Below, piece after piece: positions 27,212 to 39,000 of a stretch of DNA of 64,000 nt (positions are counted from its first letter, which is position 1; each line of letters opens with the position of its first letter). Origin of the DNA: Candidatus Parcubacteria bacterium (GTDB lineage Bacteria; Patescibacteriota; Minisyncoccia; Phycocordibacterales; Zambryskibacteraceae); contig JAIFWN010000003.1 in assembly GCA_019658995.1 (NCBI GenBank), positions 2,436 to 66,435 on the forward strand, read 5' to 3'. The notes beneath the pieces are model-generated. The model had not been told where the DNA came from, made no database searches, and was given only the letters and a program-made list of their open reading frames with translations. Position numbers and translations under genes: made by a program.

Positions 27212-30200
27212 TTGAAAAAGCACTCTTCTCTGCATCTCATATTCACATTCTTTCTCACGGCGATTCTTATCTACTTGGGCGGATCGCCGCCCGCCGTGAT
27301 GTCCGCCGGAGGAGTGCCATCTATCATAAGTTACCAGGGGCGGCTTGCTGACTCGGCAGGCAACCTCCTCGGCAGCTCATCGGGAACCACATATTTTTTT
27401 GCCTTTTCTATTTGGGATAATGCCACGGTCGGTTCCGGCACGAAGCTCTGGCCTGTGGCCACAACCAGTGTGCCGACGACGGTCAAGTCGGGCGTATTCA
27501 ATGTCAATATTGGTGATACGGCAGGAGGTTATCCGGATACTCTTAACTACACCTTCACCAGCCCTAATATTTTCCTCCAGGTTGATGTGTCATCAAATGG
27601 CACAACCTGGGAAACAGTTTCTCCGCGCCAAAGACTCTCATCGGCTGTATTTGCACAGGTAGCAGAGGCGGTAGTGGGGGCTTCTTCGACCGTAACTACT
27701 CTCACCAATACCAATTTCTACGGTACCTTTGCTACTACGACCAGTGCTACCACTACCAACCTTTTTGCCAATTTTTTAAACAGCGCAACCGTCACAGCTA
27801 GCGGCTTGGGAACATTCGGCAATTTCTTGGCGCTCGGCTCTACGACTCTTCAGAACTTTACTGCACTAAATTCGACAACGACGAATGCCACCACTACGAA
27901 TATTTATGTGAATGGCAAGCTCTACGGAGCCAACCTCACCAACTGCAATAGCAATGCAGACAAACTGCTCTGGGCCAATGGCCTCTTCTCCTGTGGGACA
28001 GATGGAGGCGGAGGTGGATCGGACGTGGATTGGCTCTTCTTCAACAACACCGGAATAAGACTTGGCACTACTACCAACCAGGTCTTGATCGGGTTCAATG
28101 CCACTTCATCTCTGGCTATGCTTGAGCTCAATGTGCAAGCAGGCAAGATACCGCTCTTCATCGGATCGTCGACGGAGTTGTTCAAGATAGACGACTATGG
28201 CCTTGTCTCGGCGAAAAATCTTCTCCTTGACTCTTCAACCACCCTTCAGAACTTCACCTTCGTGAGCGCTACGGGATCACAGGCCACCACTACGAATCTC
28301 TTTACCAACACACTTTTCTCGACTACCGCTTCGTCTACGAATCTCTTTGCCAATACGGCCACCTTCGGCACTCTCGTAGCAGCGAGCTTCAATCCTGCCA
28401 ATATTACGACTGGTAACCTGCTTGTCACTGGCTCATCCACTCTCCAGAATTTCACCTTTATCAACGCCACAGGTTCCCAGGCTACTACCACCAACTTCTT
28501 CTCAACGGGTATCTTCTCAACGATTTTAAATAATTCAGGCCTAGCCACTCTTGGAAATATATTGTCCTCTGGATCATCGACGCTTCAGAACTTCACTTTC
28601 ATTAACGCTACCGGAACTTCCGCTACGACTACCAACTTCTTCTCCATCAATGCTTCGACCACCAACCTCTGGGCTAATGTCATCAGTTCCGGCCTCATTA
28701 ACGGCCAGACTATTACATCCGCTGCTAACTTTACCGGTACTCTAAATGCGACTGGAGGTTTAACAACTCTCTCAAATTTGTTAGTGGCAGGCTCTTCCAC
28801 TCTCCAGAATTTCACCTTTGCTAACGCTACCGGTTCTCAAGCTACGACTACTTACTTCTTCAGTACAAACCTCTTTGGCACGAATGGAAATCTAACAAAC
28901 TTGATATTCAGTCTGGCTACCGGTACCTCTGCCACCACCACTAATTTTTTCAGCACTACCGCCTCTTCTACTAACCTCTTCGCAACCACACTCAATACCG
29001 GTAATATTACCTCCACCGCTCTTGCTACCCTCGCCAATCTCTTAGTATCTGGATCTTCCACTCTCCAAAATTTCACTTTCGTTAACGCCACTGGCTCGCA
29101 AGCCACTACCACGAATCTCTTCTCTGCCAACCTCTTTGGCACTACAGGTTTCCTCACTAACTTACAGCTAAATGGTTCCTCAACTCTCCAAAACTTTACT
29201 TTCTCTAACGCTACCGGCACTTCCGCTACGACTACTAACTTCTTCGCCACCAATGCTTCGACCACCAACTTATGGGCCAACATCATATCTTCGGGTTTGA
29301 TAAACGGCCAAAACATTACAAGTGCCGCTAACTTCACTGGGACTCTCAATGCTACTGGCGGATTGACAACGCTTTCAAACTTGCTTATATCTGGATCTTC
29401 CACTCTCCAGAACTTTACCTTCGTCAACGCCACCGGGACCTCCGCCTCCACTACCAACTTCTTCGCCATCAATGCTTCCACCTCAAACCTCTTCGCCAAC
29501 TCTCTCACAGTAGGGAATATCACTTCAATCCAGGAAACAATCACCAACCTTCTGGCCCTAGGTTCTTCGACCCTGCAGAACTTTACCGGACTTAATTCGA
29601 CCACTACCAATGCCACTACCACCCGTTTAGCCATCATTTCTCTCAACTGCGGGACTTTTACTAACAATGGCAAGCTCACCACTAACGCTGATGGCACGGT
29701 TTCCTGCAGTGATGATATCGCTGCCACACAGGATGTCGATTGGATATTCTTCAACAACACCGGAGTGCGTCTGGCCACGACCACAAACCAAGTTCTCATC
29801 GGTGCAAGCGCCACATCATCTCTAGCCAATCTTGAGATCAGCTTCCAGACAGCAGCTAAGGGCTCACTTCTCACTCTCGGTTCATCGACTCTACAGAATT
29901 TCACCTTCATCACAGCCACCGGCACTGCGGCTACCACTACCAACTTCTTCGGCACTAATATCTTCTCTACGATTCTTAATAACTCGGGTCTGGCGACCCT
30001 GGGAAATTTGCTTGTATTAGGATCCTCAACTCTTCAGGATTTCACTTTCGTTAACGCCACTGGCTCGCAAGCCACTACAACCAGCCTCTTTTCGGCGAAT
30101 GTATTTGGTACGAATGCTAACCTGACAAATCTTATCTTCAGTCTGGCTACCGGCACCAGCGCCACAACTACTAACTTGTTCTCTGGCATATCAAGTTCGA

Positions 30201-33200
30201 CAAATCTCTTCTCTTCAGTTTTGACAGTCGGTAGCAATGCGCTCTTAGTTAACTCAAGCGGCTTTGTAGGCATTGCTACCACTTCGCCATTTGCCAGGCT
30301 TTCGGTAATGCTCAATGCCGGAGATACTAATACCACCGTTTTCGCAATCGGTTCCACCACTGCTACGGGCTTTACAAATCTCTTGAGAGTGGACAATCAA
30401 GGTTCAACTACAGTTAAGACCCTGCGTTTCGACGATACCGGTGCCAACAACCTTTTCTGGACGATACGGGAGGAGTCAGGCAATAACCTGGAAATTTTCT
30501 ATCCCTCGATTCGTCGTGGCGTGTTTGTTAACGCTGGCAATGGAGGCTTTCTCGGAATTGGTACTACCTCAATGCAGGGCTTCTCGTCATTCATCGTTGC
30601 CTCGGCTACCCCGACTATGGAGATTATGGACAACAACGGTCCTGTGGATCTGAAGCACTGGCTCATAAGCGCGGATGCCGGGAAATTCTTCATAGGCAGA
30701 GCGACGGATGACCTTTTATCAACTACCACTTACTTCTTCGTTGACGGCAATATGGGCGGCAATATAGGTCTCAATGAGGCATCACCGAACTTCAGACTCG
30801 AGGCGACAGGTACCAGCGGCAGCGGCTACTTCGGTATTACCAACGCCTCTGACGGCGACGTATTCAGCATTATCTCCACCGGTAATGTGGGAGTCAATGA
30901 TGCCACCCCGGACTTTAAGTTCGAGAGTAACGGCTCGAACGCGAGCGGCTACTTCGGCATCACTAACTCGAGTGATGGAGATATCTTTGCGATAGACGGG
31001 AGCGGAGAAGTGGGCATCGGCATAGTGAATCCGTCATACGCTCTCCATATAGTGGATGATACGAACGAGACGCTCGCCATTGAAACCATTCACACAACCG
31101 GTACATCTCTTGTAATCAAGAACACCAGCGGCGGCGGACACTCCTTTTCTCTCACCAGTACGGGCTCCGACGGCTCGCCAGGCAACTTCGTCATTAGAGA
31201 CAATACGGCGAACTTTACCGGCTTTGATCTTGCCGGAGCCACCGGCAACCTGCAGATTACGCGCGATGCCTACTTCGGCTGGTCATCGAACGCAAGCGAT
31301 GCAAAGGTTGCGGCCGATACTATACTCTCGCGCATCTCTGCCGGGGTTGTTGGCACGGCAAATCTTATACTCTCCGGCAATTCGACCACGTCGCAGGCTA
31401 CTACCACGAACTTCTTCTCGGCAACTATCTTCTCTGATCTTCTAAACAACTCCGGTTTGGCCACACTCGGCAATATGCTTGTTCTCGGCTCGTCCACTCT
31501 CCAGAATTTCACATTCGGCAACGCCACTGGCTCTCAAGCCACCACGACGAACCTTTTCTCGACTAAGGGTAGCTTCACCACTATCTGCTTCACCGGAGAT
31601 GTTTGCCGAACGTCATGGCCATCGACTGGCGGAGGCGGGGGATCAGACACCAATTGGCAATTCTTTAATAATTCTGGCATCCGGCTTGCTACGACTACCA
31701 ACCAGGTTCTCATTGGCGCTTCGGCTACCACATCTCTCGCTAACCTCGAGATCGCCTTCCAGACAGCAGCCGGAGGATCTCTGTATGCTCTTGGCTCCAC
31801 CACCCTTAATAATTTCGCCTTTGCTAACTCAACCGGATCTCAAGCAACTACTACCAACCTATTCTCCACCAATATCTTCAGTACGACAGGAAACGTCTCA
31901 GGCACTCAAACAGCGGGGAATTTGCTCGCCCTCGGATCTTCAACCCTTCAGAACTTCACATTTAGGAACGCTACTGGGAGTGATGCGACTACAACAAATT
32001 TCCGTGTTTCTAATAGAGCAAATATCGTGGATCTCACGGTTGGTAGTATAGAGGGCCTTAATTCAGCATCCTTTAATGTTACAGATGATGCCTCGGGTAT
32101 ATTCGAAGTCAATTCAGCGTCAGTAGGAGATGTATTCACTGTGAATGATTTTGGAACCCCCTATTTTTCAAGGAATCTCGGACTTGGCACATCGACGCCG
32201 TCTGCCAACCTGACGATACAGGATCCCAATCCAGAAATAAATTTCTATGAAAGTAATAACTTCGCCAAAACCAGGCTGGTTCAGCTTGGCGATTCGGAAT
32301 TCGATATCGTTATGTATGACGGTTCGGGTGTTGTCACAAACGCTCTCAATATGAATTTCAACGGCGAAAACGAATACCTTTCCGGTATGTCTGGAACACT
32401 CGGCAGCAATGCAAGCGCTCGGCATGTGTTCTACATCTCACAAAGTGAAGTTGGGGGATTCGATTACAGAGGACTTTTCTCTATTGGTAGTACTAAAACA
32501 AGCGGTGGAACAGCTGTGGCGGCACTCGATGTGACTGGAAACGGTTACATAAGCGGCAAGCTAGGAGTAGGTACAACTACTCCGTATGCAGGCCTCCAAA
32601 TAGCCACATCTACAAGGCCGCAACTCATACTTACGGATATTCTGGCCGGACCTAATGTCAAACATTTCTATGCATCTTCTACGAACGGCCGTCTTGCCAT
32701 AGGCAATCTAAGCGATAATCTCGGATCCTTTACCGATATCATGGACTTGAGCTCGACAGCGATAAACTTCACGCTTGGCAGCGAGGAAAATAAAAGTTTC
32801 AATATCAAAGATGGCCCCGGGCTAACCACTCTCTTTTCGGTTGATAACGATACCAAGACAGTGGGTATCGGGACCACTACGCCCGGAGCTAAATTAGAAG
32901 TGGCCAAAACCTCTTCTGGAGCTACCTCAGATGCTCTCTTCCTTTCCAACCAGGCCTCCGCAACCAATACAGCTACCCGCCTCTCCTTCAGAGCCCAGGA
33001 TATAAAGAATATTGCTACCACTACAGCTTCAATCGTCGGTTTATTGGGTAAGAATTTCGATCAAGCTACCTCAACCCTGATCTTCTCCACACAAAATGCC
33101 GGCACCCTCACCGAGCAAATGCGATTAACTGACACAGGCCTCCTGCTGATCGGATCAACTACACTGCAAAATTTTACATTCAGAAATGCTACCGGCACCT

Positions 33201-35455
33201 CGGCTACAACCACCAACTTCTTCGCTACGAACGCTTCAACCACTAACTTTTTCGCTAACGTAATAAGTTCAGGTCTTATCAATGGCCAGACAATATCAAG
33301 CGCTGCGAACTTCACAGGCACTCTCAATGTCACAAGCGGTCAGACAACCGTATCAAATCTTTTGGCGACGGGATCCAGCACCCTCCAGAACTTCACTTTT
33401 GTTAATGCTACTGGCACTTCGGCTACAACCACCAACTTCTTCGCTACAAATGCTTCCACGACTAACCTCTTCTACGCCAACGCTGTCGGAGGAGCGGAGA
33501 CCCTGAGTGGATTGCTGACGGCTGCCAATATCCGATCGAACGGCTCGTCCACCCTCCAGAACTTCACATTTGTAAATGCGACGGGTTCCCAGGCTACGAC
33601 TACAAATTTGTTCTCAACTAACTTATTTGGCACGACAGGCAACTTCTCTGGTCTCTTAACTCTCGGAAATCTTTTGCTCACAGGCTCTTCGACCTTCCTG
33701 AATCTAACTTTTGTTAATGCTACCGGCACTTCCGCCACAACTACAAATCTCTTTGCCACCACGCTCTTCTCAACCACTCATAACAACTCGGGTCTGATCA
33801 CTACAGGCAATCTCCTGGCATCAGGCTCTTCAACTTTGCAGAGTTTTACAGCAATTAATTCGACAACATCACAGGCTACCTCGACCAATTTCTTCTCAAC
33901 GAATATCTTCGGCACAACAGGAAATATTTCTGGACTCTCGACTTTCGGCAATCTCCTTGTGTCCGGGTCGAGCACGCTTCAAAACCTCACCTTCTCCAAT
34001 GCGACGGGCTCGCAAGCTACCACAACAAATATCTTCTCCACTAACATCTTCGGCACGACTGGAAATGTTTCCGGTCTGGCTACTTTGGGTAACCTCCTCG
34101 TCTCCGGCTCCTCCACTCTTCAGAACTTCACTTTCGTTAATGCTACCGGCACTTCCGCTACAACAACAAACTTCTTCGCTACGAATGCTTCTACTACCAA
34201 TCTCTTCTTCACGACCAGCAGGGGAGGATCGGAGACCCTCACTGCCACTCTCACCGCCAATAATCTTCTTGCTAACGCTTCTTCCACTCTCCAAAACTTC
34301 ACATTTGTTAACGCCACAGGCTCACAAGCGACGACAACGAATCTGTTTGCAACCAATCTTTTTGGCACTACGGGAAATATATCGGGTACGCAGACAGTGG
34401 GGAATTTACTCTCGCTAGGCTCATCAACCTTACAAAACTTCACATTCTCTAACGCCACAGGCACTTCAGCGACCACAACCAACTTCTTTGCTACCAATGC
34501 TTCGACCACAAACTTCTGGGCAAACGTTATATCTTCTGGTCTTATCAATGGCCAAACCATTACCTCTGCAGCCAACTTCACCGGAACTCTTAATGTTACA
34601 AGCGGACAAACTACACTCTCAAATCTTCTTGTTACTGGGTCTTCAACCCTCCAGAACTTCACCTTCATAAACGCGACGGGTTCCCAGGCTACTACAACAA
34701 ATTTATTTGCCACAACTCTATTCTCAACAACACACAATAATTCGGGTCTTGGTATATTTGGCAATATTCTGTCCCTTGGCTCATCTACTCTTCAGAATTT
34801 CACGTTTGCTAATGCTACCGGTTCCCAGGCGACAACAACCAGTCTTTTTGCGACGAAAGCAGACTTTACAACTCTATGTATAGCTCAGGATTGTAAAACA
34901 GCCTGGCCTACGTCCGGAGGAGCTTCCACTGATAAGTTTGCAACTTCAACAAACGGATTGGCAATTTATCCGAACAGCGCCGCGGCAGTAGTGATAGGCG
35001 GCAGTGCCACAACCACAACCGGAGCAGAGCTCGAAGTACTCGGGGATATCTATGTTTCTGGTTCCTCAACCCTTCAGAACTTTACCTTCATAAACGCCAC
35101 AGGAACTTCAGCGACCACTACTAATTTATTTAGTACTACGGCTTCTTCTACAAACCTCTTCGCTACTGCTATCCAAGCCGGTACGGCCACATTCAATAAT
35201 ATTCTTGGGAACAGCTCCTCCACTCTCCAAAACTTCACCTTCGTCAACGCTACGGGTACATCGGCCACCACCACCAATTTCTTCGCTACCAACGCCTCTA
35301 CTACCAACTTCTTCTTTACCACATCGAACGGCGGCAACGAGACCCTTACTGCTCGAACTTCACATTCATCAACGCCACTGGCTCCCAGGCTACGACCAGT
35401 AACCTATTCAGTACGAATATATTTGGTACCACCGGCAATTTGTCTGGACTCCTGA
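27212..35455 (+). CDS. Giant Thr/Asn-rich repetitive surface/fibre protein, N-terminal part
   Basis: Signal/TM segment, IISYQGRL domain, dozens of GSSTLQNFTFxNATG(T/S)xATTTN repeats, VGIGTTTP modules. Frame breaks at about 35355. Confidence 0.85.
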   Translation: MKKHSSLHLIFTFFLTAILIYLGGSPPAVMSAGGVPSIISYQGRLADSAGNLLGSSSGTTYFFAFSIWDNATVGSGTKLWPVATTSVPTTVKSGVFNVNIGDTAGGYPDTLNYTFTSPNIFLQVDVSSNGTTWETVSPRQRLSSAVFAQVAEAVVGASSTVTTLTNTNFYGTFATTTSATTTNLFANFLNSATVTASGLGTFGNFLALGSTTLQNFTALNSTTTNATTTNIYVNGKLYGANLTNCNSNADKLLWANGLFSCGTDGGGGGSDVDWLFFNNTGIRLGTTTNQVLIGFNATSSLAMLELNVQAGKIPLFIGSSTELFKIDDYGLVSAKNLLLDSSTTLQNFTFVSATGSQATTTNLFTNTLFSTTASSTNLFANTATFGTLVAASFNPANITTGNLLVTGSSTLQNFTFINATGSQATTTNFFSTGIFSTILNNSGLATLGNILSSGSSTLQNFTFINATGTSATTTNFFSINASTTNLWANVISSGLINGQTITSAANFTGTLNATGGLTTLSNLLVAGSSTLQNFTFANATGSQATTTYFFSTNLFGTNGNLTNLIFSLATGTSATTTNFFSTTASSTNLFATTLNTGNITSTALATLANLLVSGSSTLQNFTFVNATGSQATTTNLFSANLFGTTGFLTNLQLNGSSTLQNFTFSNATGTSATTTNFFATNASTTNLWANIISSGLINGQNITSAANFTGTLNATGGLTTLSNLLISGSSTLQNFTFVNATGTSASTTNFFAINASTSNLFANSLTVGNITSIQETITNLLALGSSTLQNFTGLNSTTTNATTTRLAIISLNCGTFTNNGKLTTNADGTVSCSDDIAATQDVDWIFFNNTGVRLATTTNQVLIGASATSSLANLEISFQTAAKGSLLTLGSSTLQNFTFITATGTAATTTNFFGTNIFSTILNNSGLATLGNLLVLGSSTLQDFTFVNATGSQATTTSLFSANVFGTNANLTNLIFSLATGTSATTTNLFSGISSSTNLFSSVLTVGSNALLVNSSGFVGIATTSPFARLSVMLNAGDTNTTVFAIGSTTATGFTNLLRVDNQGSTTVKTLRFDDTGANNLFWTIREESGNNLEIFYPSIRRGVFVNAGNGGFLGIGTTSMQGFSSFIVASATPTMEIMDNNGPVDLKHWLISADAGKFFIGRATDDLLSTTTYFFVDGNMGGNIGLNEASPNFRLEATGTSGSGYFGITNASDGDVFSIISTGNVGVNDATPDFKFESNGSNASGYFGITNSSDGDIFAIDGSGEVGIGIVNPSYALHIVDDTNETLAIETIHTTGTSLVIKNTSGGGHSFSLTSTGSDGSPGNFVIRDNTANFTGFDLAGATGNLQITRDAYFGWSSNASDAKVAADTILSRISAGVVGTANLILSGNSTTSQATTTNFFSATIFSDLLNNSGLATLGNMLVLGSSTLQNFTFGNATGSQATTTNLFSTKGSFTTICFTGDVCRTSWPSTGGGGGSDTNWQFFNNSGIRLATTTNQVLIGASATTSLANLEIAFQTAAGGSLYALGSTTLNNFAFANSTGSQATTTNLFSTNIFSTTGNVSGTQTAGNLLALGSSTLQNFTFRNATGSDATTTNFRVSNRANIVDLTVGSIEGLNSASFNVTDDASGIFEVNSASVGDVFTVNDFGTPYFSRNLGLGTSTPSANLTIQDPNPEINFYESNNFAKTRLVQLGDSEFDIVMYDGSGVVTNALNMNFNGENEYLSGMSGTLGSNASARHVFYISQSEVGGFDYRGLFSIGSTKTSGGTAVAALDVTGNGYISGKLGVGTTTPYAGLQIATSTRPQLILTDILAGPNVKHFYASSTNGRLAIGNLSDNLGSFTDIMDLSSTAINFTLGSEENKSFNIKDGPGLTTLFSVDNDTKTVGIGTTTPGAKLEVAKTSSGATSDALFLSNQASATNTATRLSFRAQDIKNIATTTASIVGLLGKNFDQATSTLIFSTQNAGTLTEQMRLTDTGLLLIGSTTLQNFTFRNATGTSATTTNFFATNASTTNFFANVISSGLINGQTISSAANFTGTLNVTSGQTTVSNLLATGSSTLQNFTFVNATGTSATTTNFFATNASTTNLFYANAVGGAETLSGLLTAANIRSNGSSTLQNFTFVNATGSQATTTNLFSTNLFGTTGNFSGLLTLGNLLLTGSSTFLNLTFVNATGTSATTTNLFATTLFSTTHNNSGLITTGNLLASGSSTLQSFTAINSTTSQATSTNFFSTNIFGTTGNISGLSTFGNLLVSGSSTLQNLTFSNATGSQATTTNIFSTNIFGTTGNVSGLATLGNLLVSGSSTLQNFTFVNATGTSATTTNFFATNASTTNLFFTTSRGGSETLTATLTANNLLANASSTLQNFTFVNATGSQATTTNLFATNLFGTTGNISGTQTVGNLLSLGSSTLQNFTFSNATGTSATTTNFFATNASTTNFWANVISSGLINGQTITSAANFTGTLNVTSGQTTLSNLLVTGSSTLQNFTFINATGSQATTTNLFATTLFSTTHNNSGLGIFGNILSLGSSTLQNFTFANATGSQATTTSLFATKADFTTLCIAQDCKTAWPTSGGASTDKFATSTNGLAIYPNSAAAVVIGGSATTTTGAELEVLGDIYVSGSSTLQNFTFINATGTSATTTNLFSTTASSTNLFATAIQAGTATFNNILGNSSSTLQNFTFVNATGTSATTTNFFATNASTTNFFFTTSNGGNETLTARTSHSSTPLAPRLRPVTYSVRIYLVPPAICLDS

Positions 35456-36000
35456 CTCTCGGCAATCTTTTGCTTACTGGTTCCTCCACTCTCCAAAACT
35501 TCACCTTCGTTAATGCTACCGGTACTTCCGCTACAACAACAAACTTCTTCGCTACAAATGCTTCCACAACCAATCTCTTTGCCACAGCTATACAAGCCGG
35601 TACCGCAACGTTTAACACCATTCTCGCCAATGCTTCCTCCACTCTCCAAAACTTCACCTTCGTCAACGCTACGGGTACATCGGCCACCACCACCAATTTC
35701 TTCGCTACCAACGCCTCTACTACCAACTTCTTCTTTACCACATCGAACGGCGGCAACGAGACCCTTACTGCTCGTACCAATGCCACAACCACAGGGACTC
35801 TCAATGTGAACGGGCTCCAGTTTGCGGACAACGGAGCCAACAACCGATACTGGACGATCACCGAAGATGCAGGCAATAATCTTCAGATTTCCTACCCTGT
35901 AGCTACCGATGTCCGTATCAATCAGAACTTCCTGGTCAGTGGCTCTACCACTCTTCAGAATTTCACATCGCTCAACGCTACCACTGCTCAGGCCACTACT
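27670..36000 (+). repeat. Degenerate intragenic tandem repeat array (about 40-70 codon units)
   Basis: Recurrent TCxACxCTxCAxAAxTTxACxTT core encoding STLQNFTF. Copies are diverged at synonymous positions. Confidence 0.9.
35216..35774 (+). repeat. Exact 140-bp direct repeat (35216-35355 = 35635-35774)
   Basis: Base-by-base identity at offset 419. The frame break lies at the end of the first copy. Confidence 0.88.
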
Positions 36001-39000
36001 ACAGCCCTGGCTATAAGCAGTCTTAATTGTTCTTCGGGCGCACAGCTCCTCCAGACAAACTCATCAGGCAGCGTAATCTGCGGTACGGACGATGGCGGTG
36101 CCGGCAGTACGCCTGGGGGTAATGCCGGAGCAGTACAGTTCAACGACGGTGCAAGCGGCTTCACCGGCAACGAAAACTATCTGTTCTTCAGTAATGCCAA
36201 TAAACTCTTTGGTATCGGAAGCTCCACTCCGACTGCTATTTTATCGGCGTCGAGTACGACTGCGCTGCTTCCGGTAGCAATCTTTGATCAGCGCAGTACG
36301 GGAGGGCTTCTTACTCTCCAGCGTTCGGGAGTGGACAAGTTCACAGTCAGTAACGACGGCGGACTCAATATTTATGGCGCAACTTCCGATTCTGTCAAAA
36401 CCACTACGGGCACCGGCAAATCATCTGACTTCGACTTTACCGGTTCCACTATCGCAACCGCCAGCACTACCGCAACAAACGGTTATGTGACTATCATTGA
36501 CGGCACGATCTCCGGAGACGGTATAGTTTCCGCAACCACTACTACGACCGGTACGGTCATAGGAAACGGCGCCCAGGTTATCATTCGCTCCGACGGGCAA
36601 TATGTGATTATCCAAGGAGGTGGTACGGCAACAGCTTCTATCTGGGACGGATTCAAGAGTGGTTCCGGTGCAGCAAGCATGGCAACCACTACCATCGCTA
36701 CCGGCGGTACGGTTAACACAGGCGCTATAGCTGTCAAGCGCCCAGACGGCAGATATGTCATCTTCCACGGAGGTGCCGCTAACTTGAGTTCGATATTTGA
36801 TCCTTACAACATAACAGCAGCGGTAGCCGGTCCGCCTCCGGGAGGAGCTTGTACGACCGGTACTAACGCATTTCTGCGTCCCGACGGCAAGTATGTAGTC
36901 ATATGCGGAGGAACTACGGGATGGGGAGTATATGATCCGTCTCAGGCTCCTCCGGGCTCACTTACTGCCGGTACCGCCATAGGCGGCAACTGGGGGGCTG
37001 GCGCACACGCACTCTCAAGAGATGACGGAACCTTCCTTGTTTATCAGGGAGGTGGATCCAATACCTTTATTTACAATCCGTTCACCAATACCATGACAGC
37101 GGGTCCTACTGCGCCCGCCGCTATTGCCGCCGGTGCTTTATCTGTTCGGAGGCAGGACGGCACATTCCTTACTCTTCCGGGAGCGGCCAATACTTCCTAT
37201 TCCTATAATCCGGTAAGCACTACAACGCCGAACGGGCAGGGAGCCTTCGTTACCAATTTCGGAGTCGGACCTTCATCATCACTCTCTGACGGCTCGACAA
37301 TACTCTGGAGACAAGACGGGAAGTACACTCTGATTACCGCCAATACTACCGTGTTAAACGTGGTAGATCCCGGTTCCGGATCTATTGTTCCTAAGTTTAC
37401 CAATCCGGGCGCACCCCTAGCTCTTTCCGGGAATGCCGGAGCGGGTATCACTGCCTTTATGCTGCCGAACGGCAGGTACGCCATACTGCGCGGCGGCGGC
37501 CAAGCCATTGATACTTACGACATGAACTTCGCTACCGGTTTATCGAGCGGCAATGTTCAAAATTCATACTACGAAAGCGAATGTATAGATAACACCAATT
37601 TGTCCTTGGACTCGACTCTGAACTGGAACAAAAATGACGAAGGCACTATCTCGGCCCAAATAAGAACTGTAACCAGTCCTCAGGACTGCTCGACGGCGAC
37701 ATACCGCACCATACAATCTAGCGGCAGTCTCATTGGTGCCACCACTACGGCCAACAACAGGGTCCAGTTCAAATTCTTCTTCCAGCGCGAACTTCCGAGA
37801 TTCCTCGACCAGGAGTGGGGTGTGCGTAAGACCGCGCAGACCAGATACCGCCGCGTCAACGCCGACCCGGTCCTCTATGATGTAACGGTAGACAACTCCA
37901 CATCACTCCATAGAACGCAGTTCGACTTTGGCAATGCCGTATCCTCTACTACGGCACCATCTTCAGGACCGGTAGCGGTTAACATTACCAATGACACAAA
38001 CCGCAACAACGCCTTAGCTCTGGCTGCAGGCGTCGGCTACGGCACTACCATTAACACTGCGAATAACGGCTATTACAACGGAGCTTTTGGCTTTGCCCAG
38101 CCGCTTTCAACACCGACAGCATCCACCACCGTGGTAATGAAGCGCCCCGATGGCAAGTTCACTATCATTGCCGGTAACAATACGATCAACTCCAATGTTT
38201 ATGACCCGGCACTGGCTACCTCTACTGCCGCCACTGCCGCAGCCAATAAACCTACGGTACAAATAGGCAATGGCGCATTGGCCTTCAAGCGTCCCGATGG
38301 CAAGTTCCTGATAGTCATGGGTAACACGAGCAGTACCACGGTCTCCTCCGTTGGTGCTACTACTACGAACATTTATGATCCGGTTACCGACACGTACGTT
38401 GCCGGACCGAATCTGGCAACCGGCGGAAGCAGTAACGGTGCCGGTGCCGGCGCGGCTGTCATTCCTCTCCCTAGCGGCAGGGTACTCATCATTCATGGCA
38501 ATGCTACCAACGCTACTTCTGTATATGATCCGGTACAGAACACCATGACTGCCGGACCGAATCCTACGGCTGTAGTAGGTTACGGTTCAATAGTGATTCC
38601 TCGTCCTAACGGCCAGTATATGTTCATACCCGGTATGGTCTCGCTTACCTCTTGTACGGTGAACACCACAGTTAACCTCTTCGATCCATATGCCATGGTG
38701 TTTACTACAAATGCTGGTGTGGCTAATGCAGGCGGCACAGGACCGGGAGCCTTTGCATTACAAAGGAGTGACGGCACATGGCTCATAGTTCGTGGAGGTG
38801 CATCAACCGGTTGTCTCGGTACGGGCACTACTGCTATCTATGATCCAGTCTCCCATCTGTCCACTATTACCGGTCCTGGTTTATCAACAAATGTCGGCCT
38901 TGGAGCTTACGCTCTGCCTCGTCCTGACGGCACATGGCTTCTTGTAAATGGCGGCGGCGGAGTATCACTCGCCGGTCAGAGTGCTACACAAATATATATA

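Noticed and set aside
28246-35876. Many Val/Lys-rich minus-strand ORFs (KKLVVVAEVPVA repeats)
   Set aside because: Reverse-complement readout of the Thr/Asn repeats of the giant gene.
27670-36000. Repeat array as possible CRISPR or DGR template/variable repeats
   Set aside because: Repeats are in-frame coding units varying at synonymous sites. There are no unique spacers, no adenine-specific mismatch pattern was noticed, and no cas or reverse transcriptase gene is in the window.
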